Source of the DNA: a virus
Strand: one strand, 5' to 3'
IMG/VR virus record: IMGVR_UViG_3300042890_001842
Span: 1-64,000 of that record
Length of the DNA: 64,000 nucleotides
Part shown: piece by piece, positions 1-7,623 of the stretch
Numbering within the stretch: position 1 is the stretch's first letter
How the letters are laid out: the number at the start of each line of letters is the position of its first letter
Notes under the pieces: generated by a model
What the model saw: only the letters and a program-made list of their open reading frames with translations
Told to the model about the DNA's origin: nothing
Database searches by the model: none
Program-made: the position numbers and the translations under genes

Positions 1-77
1 TCAACGATTAACCTATCAATGCCAACAGGCAAAATGTACACAAAAGTAATTGACCGCATGGGAAAGGTAACAATTAA

Positions 78-269
78 ATGATGACACGAAAAGACTATGT
101 AGCAACCGCAGAAATTCTAAAGTATGCTAGCGATAAATCGCACCCCGCTTTATTTTCTAAAATCGTAAATGATTTTGCTGAAATGTTTGCGAAAGATAAT
201 CCACGATTTGATGTAACGAGATTTCATGAAGCGAGTGGATACAATGTTCCAAAATTCACTTCGAGATAA
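78..269 (+). CDS. hypothetical early protein
   Basis: ORF with RBS GAAAGG upstream. Confidence 0.7.
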   Translation: MMTRKDYVATAEILKYASDKSHPALFSKIVNDFAEMFAKDNPRFDVTRFHEASGYNVPKFTSR

Positions 270-381
270 AGTAAAGCGAATTCAGGAGTTGCGGAGATCA
301 AATGCCGCAACCCCTGTACGCAATAAGAAAAAATATTCAAGAAAAACAAAACATAAGCGGCGTGTCGATTTGACAGATTGA
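244..381 (+). CDS. small basic protein with ArfA-like tail (MFQNSLRDKVKRIQELRRSNAATPVRNKKKYSRKTKHKRRVDLTD)
   Basis: Hand translation, below ORF-track cutoff; K-Y-x-R-K-x-K-H-K motif. Confidence 0.5.
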   Translation: MFQNSLRDKVKRIQELRRSNAATPVRNKKKYSRKTKHKRRVDLTD

Positions 382-447
382 TCAGCTGCCCGCAATAGTG
401 TGGGGGCATAGAGGCTTTTAAGTCAAGCACCAAAACTCCCTGAAAAT

Positions 448-463
448 TGTGAGGTTTATCACA
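448..463. promoter_or_regulatory. CRP/GlxR-type site TGTGA-N6-TCACA
   Basis: tgtga ggttta tcaca, perfect consensus. Confidence 0.7.
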
Positions 464-500
464 AAATAAATCTGCGACACGCCGAAGGTGAATTAGTAAA

Positions 501-522
501 TGTCAGTAGGCCATGCTAAAAT
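501..522 (+). promoter_or_regulatory. early promoter TGTCAG-N10-TAAAAT (PafBC-type)
   Basis: One of nine copies with the same spacing. Confidence 0.8.
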
Positions 523-551
523 ACTCTTATTCCAACAACGAAAGGTATCAA

Positions 552-755
552 ATGAAAATCGAACACAACCTAAAGTTTGTAACAGAGTTTGCAGACAATC
601 ACCCAGTAACAGCACAAATGCTAAACATGCCTGAACCTATGCGTGTATTGCTATTAGAGTCAATGCTAAAAGAATTACTTGCACCACGCTTGCAACCTCT
701 ATTAGATGAAATCAATGCAGGTGGGTCATACGCAATTCTAAAGGTGGCTGAATAA
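552..755 (+). CDS. hypothetical protein (start MKIEHN)
   Basis: RBS ACGAAAGG before ATG at 552. Confidence 0.75.
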   Translation: MKIEHNLKFVTEFADNHPVTAQMLNMPEPMRVLLLESMLKELLAPRLQPLLDEINAGGSYAILKVAE

Positions 756-1030
756 TGGGATACACAACAGCATTAGCACTTGCAGATGACCTATCATTAG
801 AGGCAGGGTTAGCCTATCACTTACAGGCTAATCATTACCCACCCGTTCCCGTTGCTATGGTGCAACCTTGCATAGATGCTATTGATGCATACTATGATGA
901 GGACTATGGTCGTGAAGTATCTTTACCTGAAGGTATCTCATGGCGTGGGCAGGTAACTGCACCAGCACATGCAATAATTGATGCACACCACTTAGATGCT
1001 TGGCTAGTAAGCGAGGACTACGATGAGTAA
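755..1030 (+). CDS. hypothetical protein
   Basis: Coupled by TAATG overlap; HLxxNHYPPVP motif. Confidence 0.75.
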   Translation: MGYTTALALADDLSLEAGLAYHLQANHYPPVPVAMVQPCIDAIDAYYDEDYGREVSLPEGISWRGQVTAPAHAIIDAHHLDAWLVSEDYDE

Positions 1031-1163
1031 TCTTTATTCTATCTTATCTACTTGGTATCCTGAAGGAGACTTCAACGAAGCTGAATTGTGGGATGCTATC
1101 GCTGAAAACGAAGGCGTTGATGTAAATGAGATCATGGATGGCGATCTAACAGACTACCTGTGA
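1023..1163 (+). CDS. small acidic hypothetical protein (46 aa)
   Basis: Hand translation MSNLYSILSTWYPEGDFNEAELWDAIAENEGVDVNEIMDGDLTDYL; overlaps upstream stop. Confidence 0.6.
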   Translation: MSNLYSILSTWYPEGDFNEAELWDAIAENEGVDVNEIMDGDLTDYL

Positions 1164-1224
1164 TGTATCTCACACGACACTCCCCTCAGAAATGAGGGGA
1201 AATGTCAGTGGGCTATTGTATAAT
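1159..1224 (+). promoter_or_regulatory. CRP-type site, hairpin and TGTCAG-N10-TATAAT promoter
   Basis: tgtga tgtatc tcaca at 1159-1174; hairpin 1181-1200; tgtcag at 1203; tataat at 1219. Confidence 0.8.
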
Positions 1225-1254
1225 ACTACCAACAACAAAACGAAAGGAAACAAA

Positions 1255-1404
1255 ATGACAACACTAGAAATCGGACAGACATACACCACTTCAACAAGCG
1301 GTGTAACAGGAACAATCGTGGCGGTAGATAATCACCCAAGCGGTGTAAATCGTGTCTTGCTTGATGTCAATGGCAAAGAGCGTTGGACAAGCGTTCCAAA
1401 CTAA
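1255..1404 (+). CDS. hypothetical protein (start MTTLEIG)
   Basis: RBS CGAAAGGA upstream. Confidence 0.7.
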   Translation: MTTLEIGQTYTTSTSGVTGTIVAVDNHPSGVNRVLLDVNGKERWTSVPN

Positions 1405-1419
1405 TTCCTGATAAGGAAA

Positions 1420-1448
1420 AGTCCTGAGCATGACTACTAAAACTGCTC
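1420..1448 (+). ncRNA. putative H-type pseudoknot, copy 1
   Basis: agtc-ctgagcat-gact-actaaaac-tgctc. Confidence 0.55.
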
Positions 1449-1454
1449 ACAATT

Positions 1455-1476
1455 TGTCAGACCCCTATGCTATACT
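1455..1476 (+). promoter_or_regulatory. TGTCAG-N10-TATACT promoter
   Basis: Motif followed by an (AACC)4 leader and RBS. Confidence 0.8.
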
Positions 1477-1511
1477 AACCAACCAACCAACCAAACGAAA
1501 GAGGAAAATAA

Positions 1512-1937
1512 ATGGCTAGAAACGGAAAATCTATTAGCGTGAAAATCGCTACACCAAAGGTAATCAAGGCACTAGAAACACGCCTTGCTGAATTAGAAAA
1601 GAACTACGCTACACAGGGCGAGAACGAAGCAAAGTATCAGAAAGCCCGTGATAAGTGGCAAAAAGAAATTGGCAAGTGGGCTATGTCTAACTTCTCAAAG
1701 GCTGAGAACCTTCGTACAAACTATCGTAATTGGAACAAAACTCTCAATGTAGATTTTGACCTTACAGTAAATGAGAGCGACTTCCCTAAAGAACCTGAAA
1801 AGGATTTTGAGACAATTCACCAGCACACATACAATGAGCAGAAAGAGGAAATCACGAACGCAATTCGTATCCTCAAGATGACAGATGAGGAAACAGTAAA
1901 TACCTCAACCTATAACGCTATTGCTCGTTATCTGTAA
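1512..1937 (+). CDS. hypothetical coiled-coil protein
   Basis: 141-aa ORF with strong RBS. Confidence 0.8.
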   Translation: MARNGKSISVKIATPKVIKALETRLAELEKNYATQGENEAKYQKARDKWQKEIGKWAMSNFSKAENLRTNYRNWNKTLNVDFDLTVNESDFPKEPEKDFETIHQHTYNEQKEEITNAIRILKMTDEETVNTSTYNAIARYL

Positions 1938-1947
1938 ATAAATAGTG

Positions 1948-1984
1948 GGAGGGCTAGACACACTCTAGCCCTCCATGCTATAAT
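1948..1984 (+). promoter_or_regulatory. hairpin overlapping a TAGACA-18-TATAAT promoter
   Basis: Inverted repeat ggagggctag/ctagccctcc; extended -10 TGcTATAAT. Confidence 0.6.
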
Positions 1985-2011
1985 TCGTATCCCTACTAAC
2001 AAAGGAACAAA

Positions 2012-2269
2012 ATGAAAAATCGTTATCGTATCGAAATCTATGATGATGTAAAAGCAAATGATTTGACTATTTATTCTGAGTCAAATGTAGATAAAGAATA
2101 CTTAACTGAAATGGTATTCTCTAACTTAAGACAATTCTCTGGAAACATTCGTGCATACGTATATGACAATGTAAAGAAAAAGAAAACCACTGCACTGATT
2201 CTACCAATGGAATTGTTAGCTAAATATAGAAATTACAAACTTACTTCTGATGAAATACTAATGAATTAA
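2012..2269 (+). CDS. hypothetical protein
   Basis: ORF with RBS AAAGGA. Confidence 0.7.
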   Translation: MKNRYRIEIYDDVKANDLTIYSESNVDKEYLTEMVFSNLRQFSGNIRAYVYDNVKKKKTTALILPMELLAKYRNYKLTSDEILMN

Positions 2270-2328
2270 TAATTATGAGGCGGGATCCGTGCCCGCCTCA
2301 TATTATTTTGGCCCGCAAAGGTAAGGGG

Positions 2329-2358
2329 TTATCCACAGCTTTAAGAGAGTTATCCACA
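2329..2358. promoter_or_regulatory. two DnaA boxes (TTATCCACA)
   Basis: Perfect boxes at 2329-2337 and 2350-2358. Confidence 0.65.
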
Positions 2359-2370
2359 ATCCCCGAAATT

Positions 2371-2446
2371 TGTGAGATTGATCACACGAGACAATTCGGA
2401 CAAATGACTAACAAGACTAGTAAATGTCAGTCCCCTATGTTATACT
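2371..2446 (+). promoter_or_regulatory. CRP-type site and TGTCAG-N10-TATACT promoter
   Basis: tgtga gattga tcaca at 2371-2386; tgtcag at 2425; tatact at 2441. Confidence 0.8.
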
Positions 2447-2478
2447 CAATCCAACAACCAATCGAAAGGAAATAAATT

Positions 2479-3483
2479 ATGGCTCACAATCTAGAAGTCG
2501 AAAACGGCGAAGTTGCTTTTGCGCTACGTGGAAAACCAGCATGGCACAATTTAGCAAATCGCATCTTTACACAAGATGAAGAAGTAACTACACAAACAAT
2601 GCTTGAAGAGGCAAAGTTAGCAAATTGGAATGTTCGTCTATCTCCAATCGCTGAGCACATTCCAGAATCATGGAATGATGTTTCTACTGCATCTCTTGTA
2701 TTGCGTGACAATCCATTCAATGGCGGAACTGATGTTCTTGCAACTGTTGGAAAGCGTTATAAGCCTGTGCAGAATGAAGAATTGTTTGCATTCGCTGATG
2801 CAATTCATGATGCAAACGCTGACTGTCGCTGGGAATCTGCTGGTTCTCTAAAGCAGGGCAAAGTTGTATTTGGTACTGTTGATATTCCTCGCACAATGGT
2901 GCTTGACCCTAGCGGTGCTAATGATGAAACTAAGTTGTATCTAATTGTTTGGACATCTCATGACGGGTCTGTTGCTGTTCAGGCTGCTGTTACTCCTGTT
3001 CGTGTTGTATGCCAAAACACTTTGAATCTTGCAATGCGTAATGCAAAGCAATCTTTCAAGATTCGCCACACGCAATCTGTTGAAGGTCGCATTCAAGTTG
3101 CTCGTGAGACTCTTGGTCTTGCTCTTGGATACTTTGATGAATTTGAGAAGGAAGCGCAAGCACTCTACACTCAATCAATTACTGATTCAGAATTCTCAAA
3201 GTTGATTCAAACAATCTACCCAAAGCCTGAGAAGGATTCAAAGGGTGCTTTGAAGAAGTGGGAAAACAAAGTCGTTTTGCTTGATGACCTTTACCACAAT
3301 TCACCAACGAATGCTAATATCAAGGGAACAAAGTGGGGCGCATTCAACGCTCTAACTGAACGCCTAGATTATTATCGTTCAGGACGTGGCAATTCTGAAT
3401 CACTCATGGCTGGTGCATCAGGATTTGACCCTGTTCTAACTGCTGAGAAAAACAAAATCAAGAAATTGGTTTCTGCTTTCTAA
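2479..3483 (+). CDS. DUF932 family (phage/plasmid TIGR03299-like) protein
   Basis: Motifs AWH, YKPVQN, AGSL.G, SHDGS, TPVRVVCQNTL, IRHT, GT.WGAFNA. Confidence 0.9.
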   Translation: MAHNLEVENGEVAFALRGKPAWHNLANRIFTQDEEVTTQTMLEEAKLANWNVRLSPIAEHIPESWNDVSTASLVLRDNPFNGGTDVLATVGKRYKPVQNEELFAFADAIHDANADCRWESAGSLKQGKVVFGTVDIPRTMVLDPSGANDETKLYLIVWTSHDGSVAVQAAVTPVRVVCQNTLNLAMRNAKQSFKIRHTQSVEGRIQVARETLGLALGYFDEFEKEAQALYTQSITDSEFSKLIQTIYPKPEKDSKGALKKWENKVVLLDDLYHNSPTNANIKGTKWGAFNALTERLDYYRSGRGNSESLMAGASGFDPVLTAEKNKIKKLVSAF

Positions 3484-3489
3484 ATAAAA

Positions 3490-3517
3490 AAATCCTGAGC
3501 ATGATTTAAAACTGCTC
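3490..3517 (+). ncRNA. putative H-type pseudoknot, copy 2
   Basis: aaatc-ctgagcat-gattt-aaaac-tgctc. Confidence 0.55.
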
Positions 3518-3521
3518 TCTT

Positions 3522-3595
3522 GGTTCCATAGATTAATTGGTTAGATCGCCACCCTGTCACGGTGGAGGCTACGGGTTCAAGTCCCGTTGGAATCG
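3522..3595 (+). tRNA. tRNA-Asp (GTC)
   Basis: Acceptor ggttcca/tggaatc; anticodon arm ccacc-ctGTCac-ggtgg; T-loop ttcaagt. Confidence 0.9.
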
Positions 3596-3596
3596 C

Positions 3597-3728
3597 ATGG
3601 ATAAAAAAAATTACGCTCTCGCTGCATATAGAAAAGTTAAACGTGCAGAAAAATTAAAAAAGATCAAAGAGCTTGAAGAATATAATAATAAATGCGGGCC
3701 AGTAACAATAACTAAAATAAAAAAATAA
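3597..3728 (+). CDS. small basic hypothetical protein
   Basis: ATG directly after the tRNA; the track's earlier start overlaps the tRNA. Confidence 0.4.
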   Translation: MDKKNYALAAYRKVKRAEKLKKIKELEEYNNKCGPVTITKIKK

Positions 3729-3756
3729 ATACCCGCAGAGGTAAAAGCCAAAAAAT

Positions 3757-3821
3757 TGTGTTACGAGTCACAAATAAAATCCCTGAAACCCCTTGAAAAT
3801 GTCAGTGGCATCCGCTACAAT
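3757..3821 (+). promoter_or_regulatory. CRP-like site and TGTCAG-N10-TACAAT promoter (leaderless)
   Basis: tgtgt tacgag tcaca at 3757; tgtcag at 3800; tacaat at 3816; ATG at 3828. Confidence 0.75.
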
Positions 3822-3827
3822 ACTCAC

Positions 3828-4445
3828 ATGACCAACGAACTAATATCAAGTAAATATACATTTGTCTGCGATCCAGGTGAATGTGATTCTTTAATTGAAC
3901 TAACATCATCAGATGGTTTTGGATTTCCATCTGGTGTGACAAGGCTCACATGTCCTTGTGGAAGAGAAACCACATTATTGTCAGTGGAGCATGCTACAAT
4001 ACAACCAACAACAACGGAAGAGGTAAAAATGGAAACAACTACAGATAATCACTACATGACACGAGAGTTTCTTGAGTCAGAGTTAGTTAAAAATAAGGCA
4101 CGTATCGCACAATTAGAGGAGCAGGTCCAACGTGTAACCCAGCGTGATTACGCAACTGCAGGAACTCTAAATAAGTTACGTGATGACATGAAGGTATTTA
4201 CCTTGGAAGGTCTTGATGATGATTCTATTTCAGAATATCAGGCAGAAGAGATTGCAAGCATTTGCGGGTTCGAACTAACTAATGAGTTTGAGTTGACTGT
4301 AACAGTACAGTATTCAGTTACAGTTAATGCTCGTGACGAGGAATCTGCTATCAATGCAATTCATGAGACAGATTTCGATACTGTGTCATATGATGACCCA
4401 ATTACATATATGTCTTCATCTGTTGATTCAGTAGAGGTGGACTAA
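3828..4445 (+). CDS. hypothetical protein with N-terminal Cys-rich ribbon; nested second start at 4029
   Basis: CDPGEC...CPCG; internal RBS GGAAGAGG before METTT. Confidence 0.75.
   Translation: MTNELISSKYTFVCDPGECDSLIELTSSDGFGFPSGVTRLTCPCGRETTLLSVEHATIQPTTTEEVKMETTTDNHYMTREFLESELVKNKARIAQLEEQVQRVTQRDYATAGTLNKLRDDMKVFTLEGLDDDSISEYQAEEIASICGFELTNEFELTVTVQYSVTVNARDEESAINAIHETDFDTVSYDDPITYMSSSVDSVEVD
3935..4000 (+). promoter_or_regulatory. intragenic CRP-type site and TGTCAG-N10-TACAAT promoter
   Basis: tgtga caaggc tcaca at 3935-3950; tgtcag at 3979; tacaat at 3995. Confidence 0.75.
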
Positions 4446-4648
4446 TGTATTTTGAGTTAACCGCTCCAAACCAGTCAGCCCTTCACAGGGCTTACTGGGA
4501 TGCGGAGGTAATTGGATTGGACCCTAAGTTGATTGGTTCATTGACTTTCAATATTGGAACTGGTAGCATTGAGAAAGTAAGTCGCATTCGTGACAAGCAT
4601 AACTTAACTGAAAGCTATGTCTCAGACTATGAGCCAACAGGATATTAG
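4445..4648 (+). CDS. hypothetical protein
   Basis: Translationally coupled ORF. Confidence 0.7.
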   Translation: MYFELTAPNQSALHRAYWDAEVIGLDPKLIGSLTFNIGTGSIEKVSRIRDKHNLTESYVSDYEPTGY

Positions 4649-4657
4649 GAGGATAAA

Positions 4658-4813
4658 ATGGATTATCAAGATGGATTTGAAGACGGTGTAAAATTTGCTC
4701 GTGATGTTATTATTAATAACATTAGACTATGGGCAGAGACTTCAGATGATGGTCCCGCCTTCGATGAAATTGCAGACCGTATTGAATTTGGAAAGGTAGA
4801 CTATGACCTCTGA
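4658..4813 (+). CDS. small hypothetical protein (MDYQDGFEDG...)
   Basis: Hand translation; RBS AGGAGG. Confidence 0.65.
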   Translation: MDYQDGFEDGVKFARDVIINNIRLWAETSDDGPAFDEIADRIEFGKVDYDL

Positions 4814-5012
4814 AGATCTAACTAGATGGATTGGCTGTGATCAATGCGGTACAGCCCAAGCTTTATATTTAGTTAAACTAGTAGAAGGTGAGTTATTCTT
4901 TTGTGGCCACCACTACAACGCAAGCAAACGGGGCCTTGACAAGGTCGCATATGAAATAGTAGAATTGAACAAGAAAGAAGAAGTACCACAACTAACAGAA
5001 ATGGCGGAATAA
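4803..5012 (+). CDS. small Zn-binding protein of an actinobacterial type
   Basis: CDQCG.AQA...GELFFCGHH. Confidence 0.7.
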   Translation: MTSEDLTRWIGCDQCGTAQALYLVKLVEGELFFCGHHYNASKRGLDKVAYEIVELNKKEEVPQLTEMAE

Positions 5013-5014
5013 CA

Positions 5015-5419
5015 ATGGGAGATAGAGCAAACTTCGTATTCGTACAACCAAGCGGAGAAACAATTGTATTGTACTCACACTGGGGTGGACATCAAATGCT
5101 AGCAAATTTAGCAGAGGCAGTAGCCAAGGCACAACCACGCTGGTCTGACCCTTCATATGCAACACGCATTGCTATCAGTCAAATGATTGGTGATGGCTGG
5201 GCATTTGAAACAGGCTGGGGTTTAAATGTTAACTCAATTGGAGACAACGAGCACAAGATTCCAGTAATCGACTGGGGGCAGATGACGTTTAGTCTACACG
5301 AGGAAGACTCATTCCATAATCTTGATAACAAGGTTCGTGGCATGAAGAATGAAGCAATCTTTACTCAGGACCTGCGTTCGTTTGTAGAGAAATACTCTGA
5401 CGTTCCAATCCTAGTTTAA
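5015..5419 (+). CDS. hypothetical phage protein
   Basis: MGDRAN...LYSHWGG. Confidence 0.75.
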   Translation: MGDRANFVFVQPSGETIVLYSHWGGHQMLANLAEAVAKAQPRWSDPSYATRIAISQMIGDGWAFETGWGLNVNSIGDNEHKIPVIDWGQMTFSLHEEDSFHNLDNKVRGMKNEAIFTQDLRSFVEKYSDVPILV

Positions 5420-5522
5420 TTAATTAAAGGTGCCTCTATAGTCATCCAATGCGTTATGGCCAGGGGTTAAATAAAGCAGAGTTCTTTTACTTTCGTTGGT
5501 GATTCTCTAGCAGCCTTATGTA

Positions 5523-5556
5523 AAGCCCCAGCTCTGCCCCTGCAGCTGGGGTTTTT
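5523..5556 (+). terminator. intrinsic terminator
   Basis: Stem ccccagct/agctgggg followed by TTTTT. Confidence 0.7.
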
Positions 5557-5576
5557 ATATTGGCCCGCAAGAACTG

Positions 5577-5606
5577 AGGATAGCATAGACTATTTACGAG
5601 AGTCAA
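5577..5606 (-). promoter_or_regulatory. leftward sigma-A-like promoter TTGACT-18-TATCCT
   Basis: Reverse complement of aggata...agtcaa with TG extension. Confidence 0.45.
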
Positions 5607-5626
5607 TATATTTTCCTGAAATTTTG

Positions 5627-5710
5627 TGTGATCTTGACCACAAAGCTTGGAAAATGTGGTGTGGAACACACCAATAAAGTATTCCAAATGTCAGTGGGTC
5701 ATGTTACAAT
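5627..5710 (+). promoter_or_regulatory. two CRP-like sites and TGTCAG-N10-TACAAT promoter
   Basis: Sites at 5627-5642 and 5655-5670; tgtcag at 5689; tacaat at 5705. Confidence 0.75.
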
Positions 5711-5737
5711 TAAGCCATATCAACGAAAGGATATCAA

Positions 5738-6478
5738 ATGCCGAACTGGGTATATAATGGTTTGACTATCGAAGGCAAGCCTGAATCTGTAAAATCTCTT
5801 ATGGAGCAAATGAATAAGCCATTTGTTAAATTGCATGATACTTGGAATTCAACAACTCATCAAATGGAAGTAAAGCAAACTACTTATCCTAATCCTGTAT
5901 TTGCTTTTCATAATATCTATAATCATTTAGATGCTGGTATTACTGATGAGGAATACTTAAAACAACCTGACCATTCCCTCCCACTTGCAGAGGCTATGAA
6001 ATTTCAGGGCAACCATTGGTATGACTTCAATGTCCGTGAATGGGGCACAAAATGGGATGTTGGTGTTCATTCAGATGATAAGTATCCTGATACTACTGTA
6101 GAGGATGCTGTTAATGGTGAGAATCATGTAGTCCATTATAATTTTAATACCGCTTGGTCTCGTCCTATGCCAGCCTTAATTAAACTATCATCTCAATACC
6201 CTGACCTTCTATTTACTTTATCATATGAGGAAGAGACAGGCTGGGGCGGAGAGTTAGAAATTCTTCGTGGCGTAGTTATCTCAGAATCAGAATATGACAA
6301 TATGTGTCGTGACTGTGATGCAACTGACCAAATGGAATACTGCGAGAACGAATGCGGTGAAATCTGTGGCAACTGTAATTGGCTAGGAGAGGCTGACCTA
6401 GAGGCTGTCAAAGAATGTCAGACCCATAGTATATACTTAGAAACCAAAGTACCTGAATATAGAAAGGCGGAAGCATGA
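5738..6478 (+). CDS. DUF1281/YubB ferredoxin-like family protein with C-terminal Cys cluster
   Basis: MPNW.N.L.I.G, WY.....WGTKWD, F.TAWS.P. Confidence 0.8.
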   Translation: MPNWVYNGLTIEGKPESVKSLMEQMNKPFVKLHDTWNSTTHQMEVKQTTYPNPVFAFHNIYNHLDAGITDEEYLKQPDHSLPLAEAMKFQGNHWYDFNVREWGTKWDVGVHSDDKYPDTTVEDAVNGENHVVHYNFNTAWSRPMPALIKLSSQYPDLLFTLSYEEETGWGGELEILRGVVISESEYDNMCRDCDATDQMEYCENECGEICGNCNWLGEADLEAVKECQTHSIYLETKVPEYRKAEA

Positions 6479-6627
6479 GAACTATTGATGAATTAGTTAA
6501 TGAGATGTACATGGACAATGAGGCACATCTTGAATATATGGAGAACATGAACGGTGGGGATTGTGATTGTGGAATCCACACTACATTAAACACAATTGTT
6601 AAATACTGGTGGGATGAGGAGAAATAA
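6475..6627 (+). CDS. small hypothetical protein
   Basis: ATGA overlap; hand-translated 50 aa. Confidence 0.6.
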   Translation: MRTIDELVNEMYMDNEAHLEYMENMNGGDCDCGIHTTLNTIVKYWWDEEK

Positions 6628-6812
6628 TGCTAGGTTATGAAATGGCAGATGTAGATGAAATGATTAACTCAGTGCATGATGCTAAACTATTTTATCTTAG
6701 ATCTCCGTCAGATTTGGTTGACAAGCAACCATTAATTGACGGGTTAGAGAAGACAGTTAGTTTTCTCCAAGGACTATTAGAAGAAGGGCATTTTGATGGA
6801 TATCAAGACTGA
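6627..6812 (+). CDS. hypothetical protein
   Basis: Coupled ORF. Confidence 0.65.
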   Translation: MLGYEMADVDEMINSVHDAKLFYLRSPSDLVDKQPLIDGLEKTVSFLQGLLEEGHFDGYQD

Positions 6813-7008
6813 TTATCTAATTGAATATATGAAGATTCATTTAATTTCAATTGAGCAGGATTTAGAAAATATTGCTCAGGAAATGGAAGAATTAGACCCT
6901 GAATCTAAAGCTTGTAAAGAATTAGATTATGAGTATAACTACTTATCAGGACAGTCTATTGTAACCCGCCATTATTTGTCAGTGGCTAATGATAGAATGT
7001 CATCATGA
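6793..7008 (+). CDS. hypothetical protein
   Basis: ORF in operon. Confidence 0.65.
   Translation: MMDIKTDYLIEYMKIHLISIEQDLENIAQEMEELDPESKACKELDYEYNYLSGQSIVTRHYLSVANDRMSS
6977..6998 (+). promoter_or_regulatory. TGTCAG-N10-TAGAAT promoter (leaderless)
   Basis: ATG at 7005 follows the -10 after a 6-nt gap. Confidence 0.7.
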
Positions 7009-7277
7009 ATATATTAGAACTAGAACCACATCTGCAAAAGCAGGTAGACGCTGGGTCCTCTGGGACCGACATACTGCATGGGCACCTAAAGGTTCTCATG
7101 TTGGACGCAGAACGCCAATTAGAATTGGCACAATCGGCAGAAGATATATCTGGAGAAGCAATGGATTCCATGGAGCGGAAATACTGGGAAGGCGTCCTAG
7201 ACGCTTATGGAGATATATACGCAATGACATATGCATTAGCATTTGCTATAGATGACAGGAGTAAAAACAATGGCTGA
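7005..7277 (+). CDS. hypothetical protein
   Basis: ORF with phage-like composition. Confidence 0.7.
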   Translation: MNILELEPHLQKQVDAGSSGTDILHGHLKVLMLDAERQLELAQSAEDISGEAMDSMERKYWEGVLDAYGDIYAMTYALAFAIDDRSKNNG

Positions 7278-7623
7278 ATTAGATCTATTAGAAAAGACAC
7301 GTATGCAAGATGTACATAGAGATATTAATATAATCATTGATAAGATAACTAAACTTGGTGTCTTCCCTCCCCTGGTTTGGGTATGGTCATGGGATGTTGC
7401 TATGTCTATCTATACAGACATTCAGGAAGGTGGCGACCCTGACCTATGTGTATCTAAAGATGAAGATGAGATGTGGGAACTATTCTACACTCAGGCGGAC
7501 AAGAACGGGTTCACACTAGAGTACGGCGCAGAAGACCTATATGAGGCTGTCAGAGATTGGATGATTGACGAAGAGGTCGTAGAATACTATAATGAGGAGG
7601 AGGACGAAGATGAAGATGAGTGA
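7270..7623 (+). CDS. acidic hypothetical protein
   Basis: RBS AGGAG before MAELD. Confidence 0.7.
   Translation: MAELDLLEKTRMQDVHRDINIIIDKITKLGVFPPLVWVWSWDVAMSIYTDIQEGGDPDLCVSKDEDEMWELFYTQADKNGFTLEYGAEDLYEAVRDWMIDEEVVEYYNEEEDEDEDE

Noticed and set aside
2275-2475. 66-aa ORF, and likewise 5487-5687 (-) and the 5' extensions at 513, 1192 and 3756
   Set aside because: They run across promoter cassettes and lack an RBS
3537-3596. 5' part of ORF 3537-3728
   Set aside because: Overlaps tRNA-Asp
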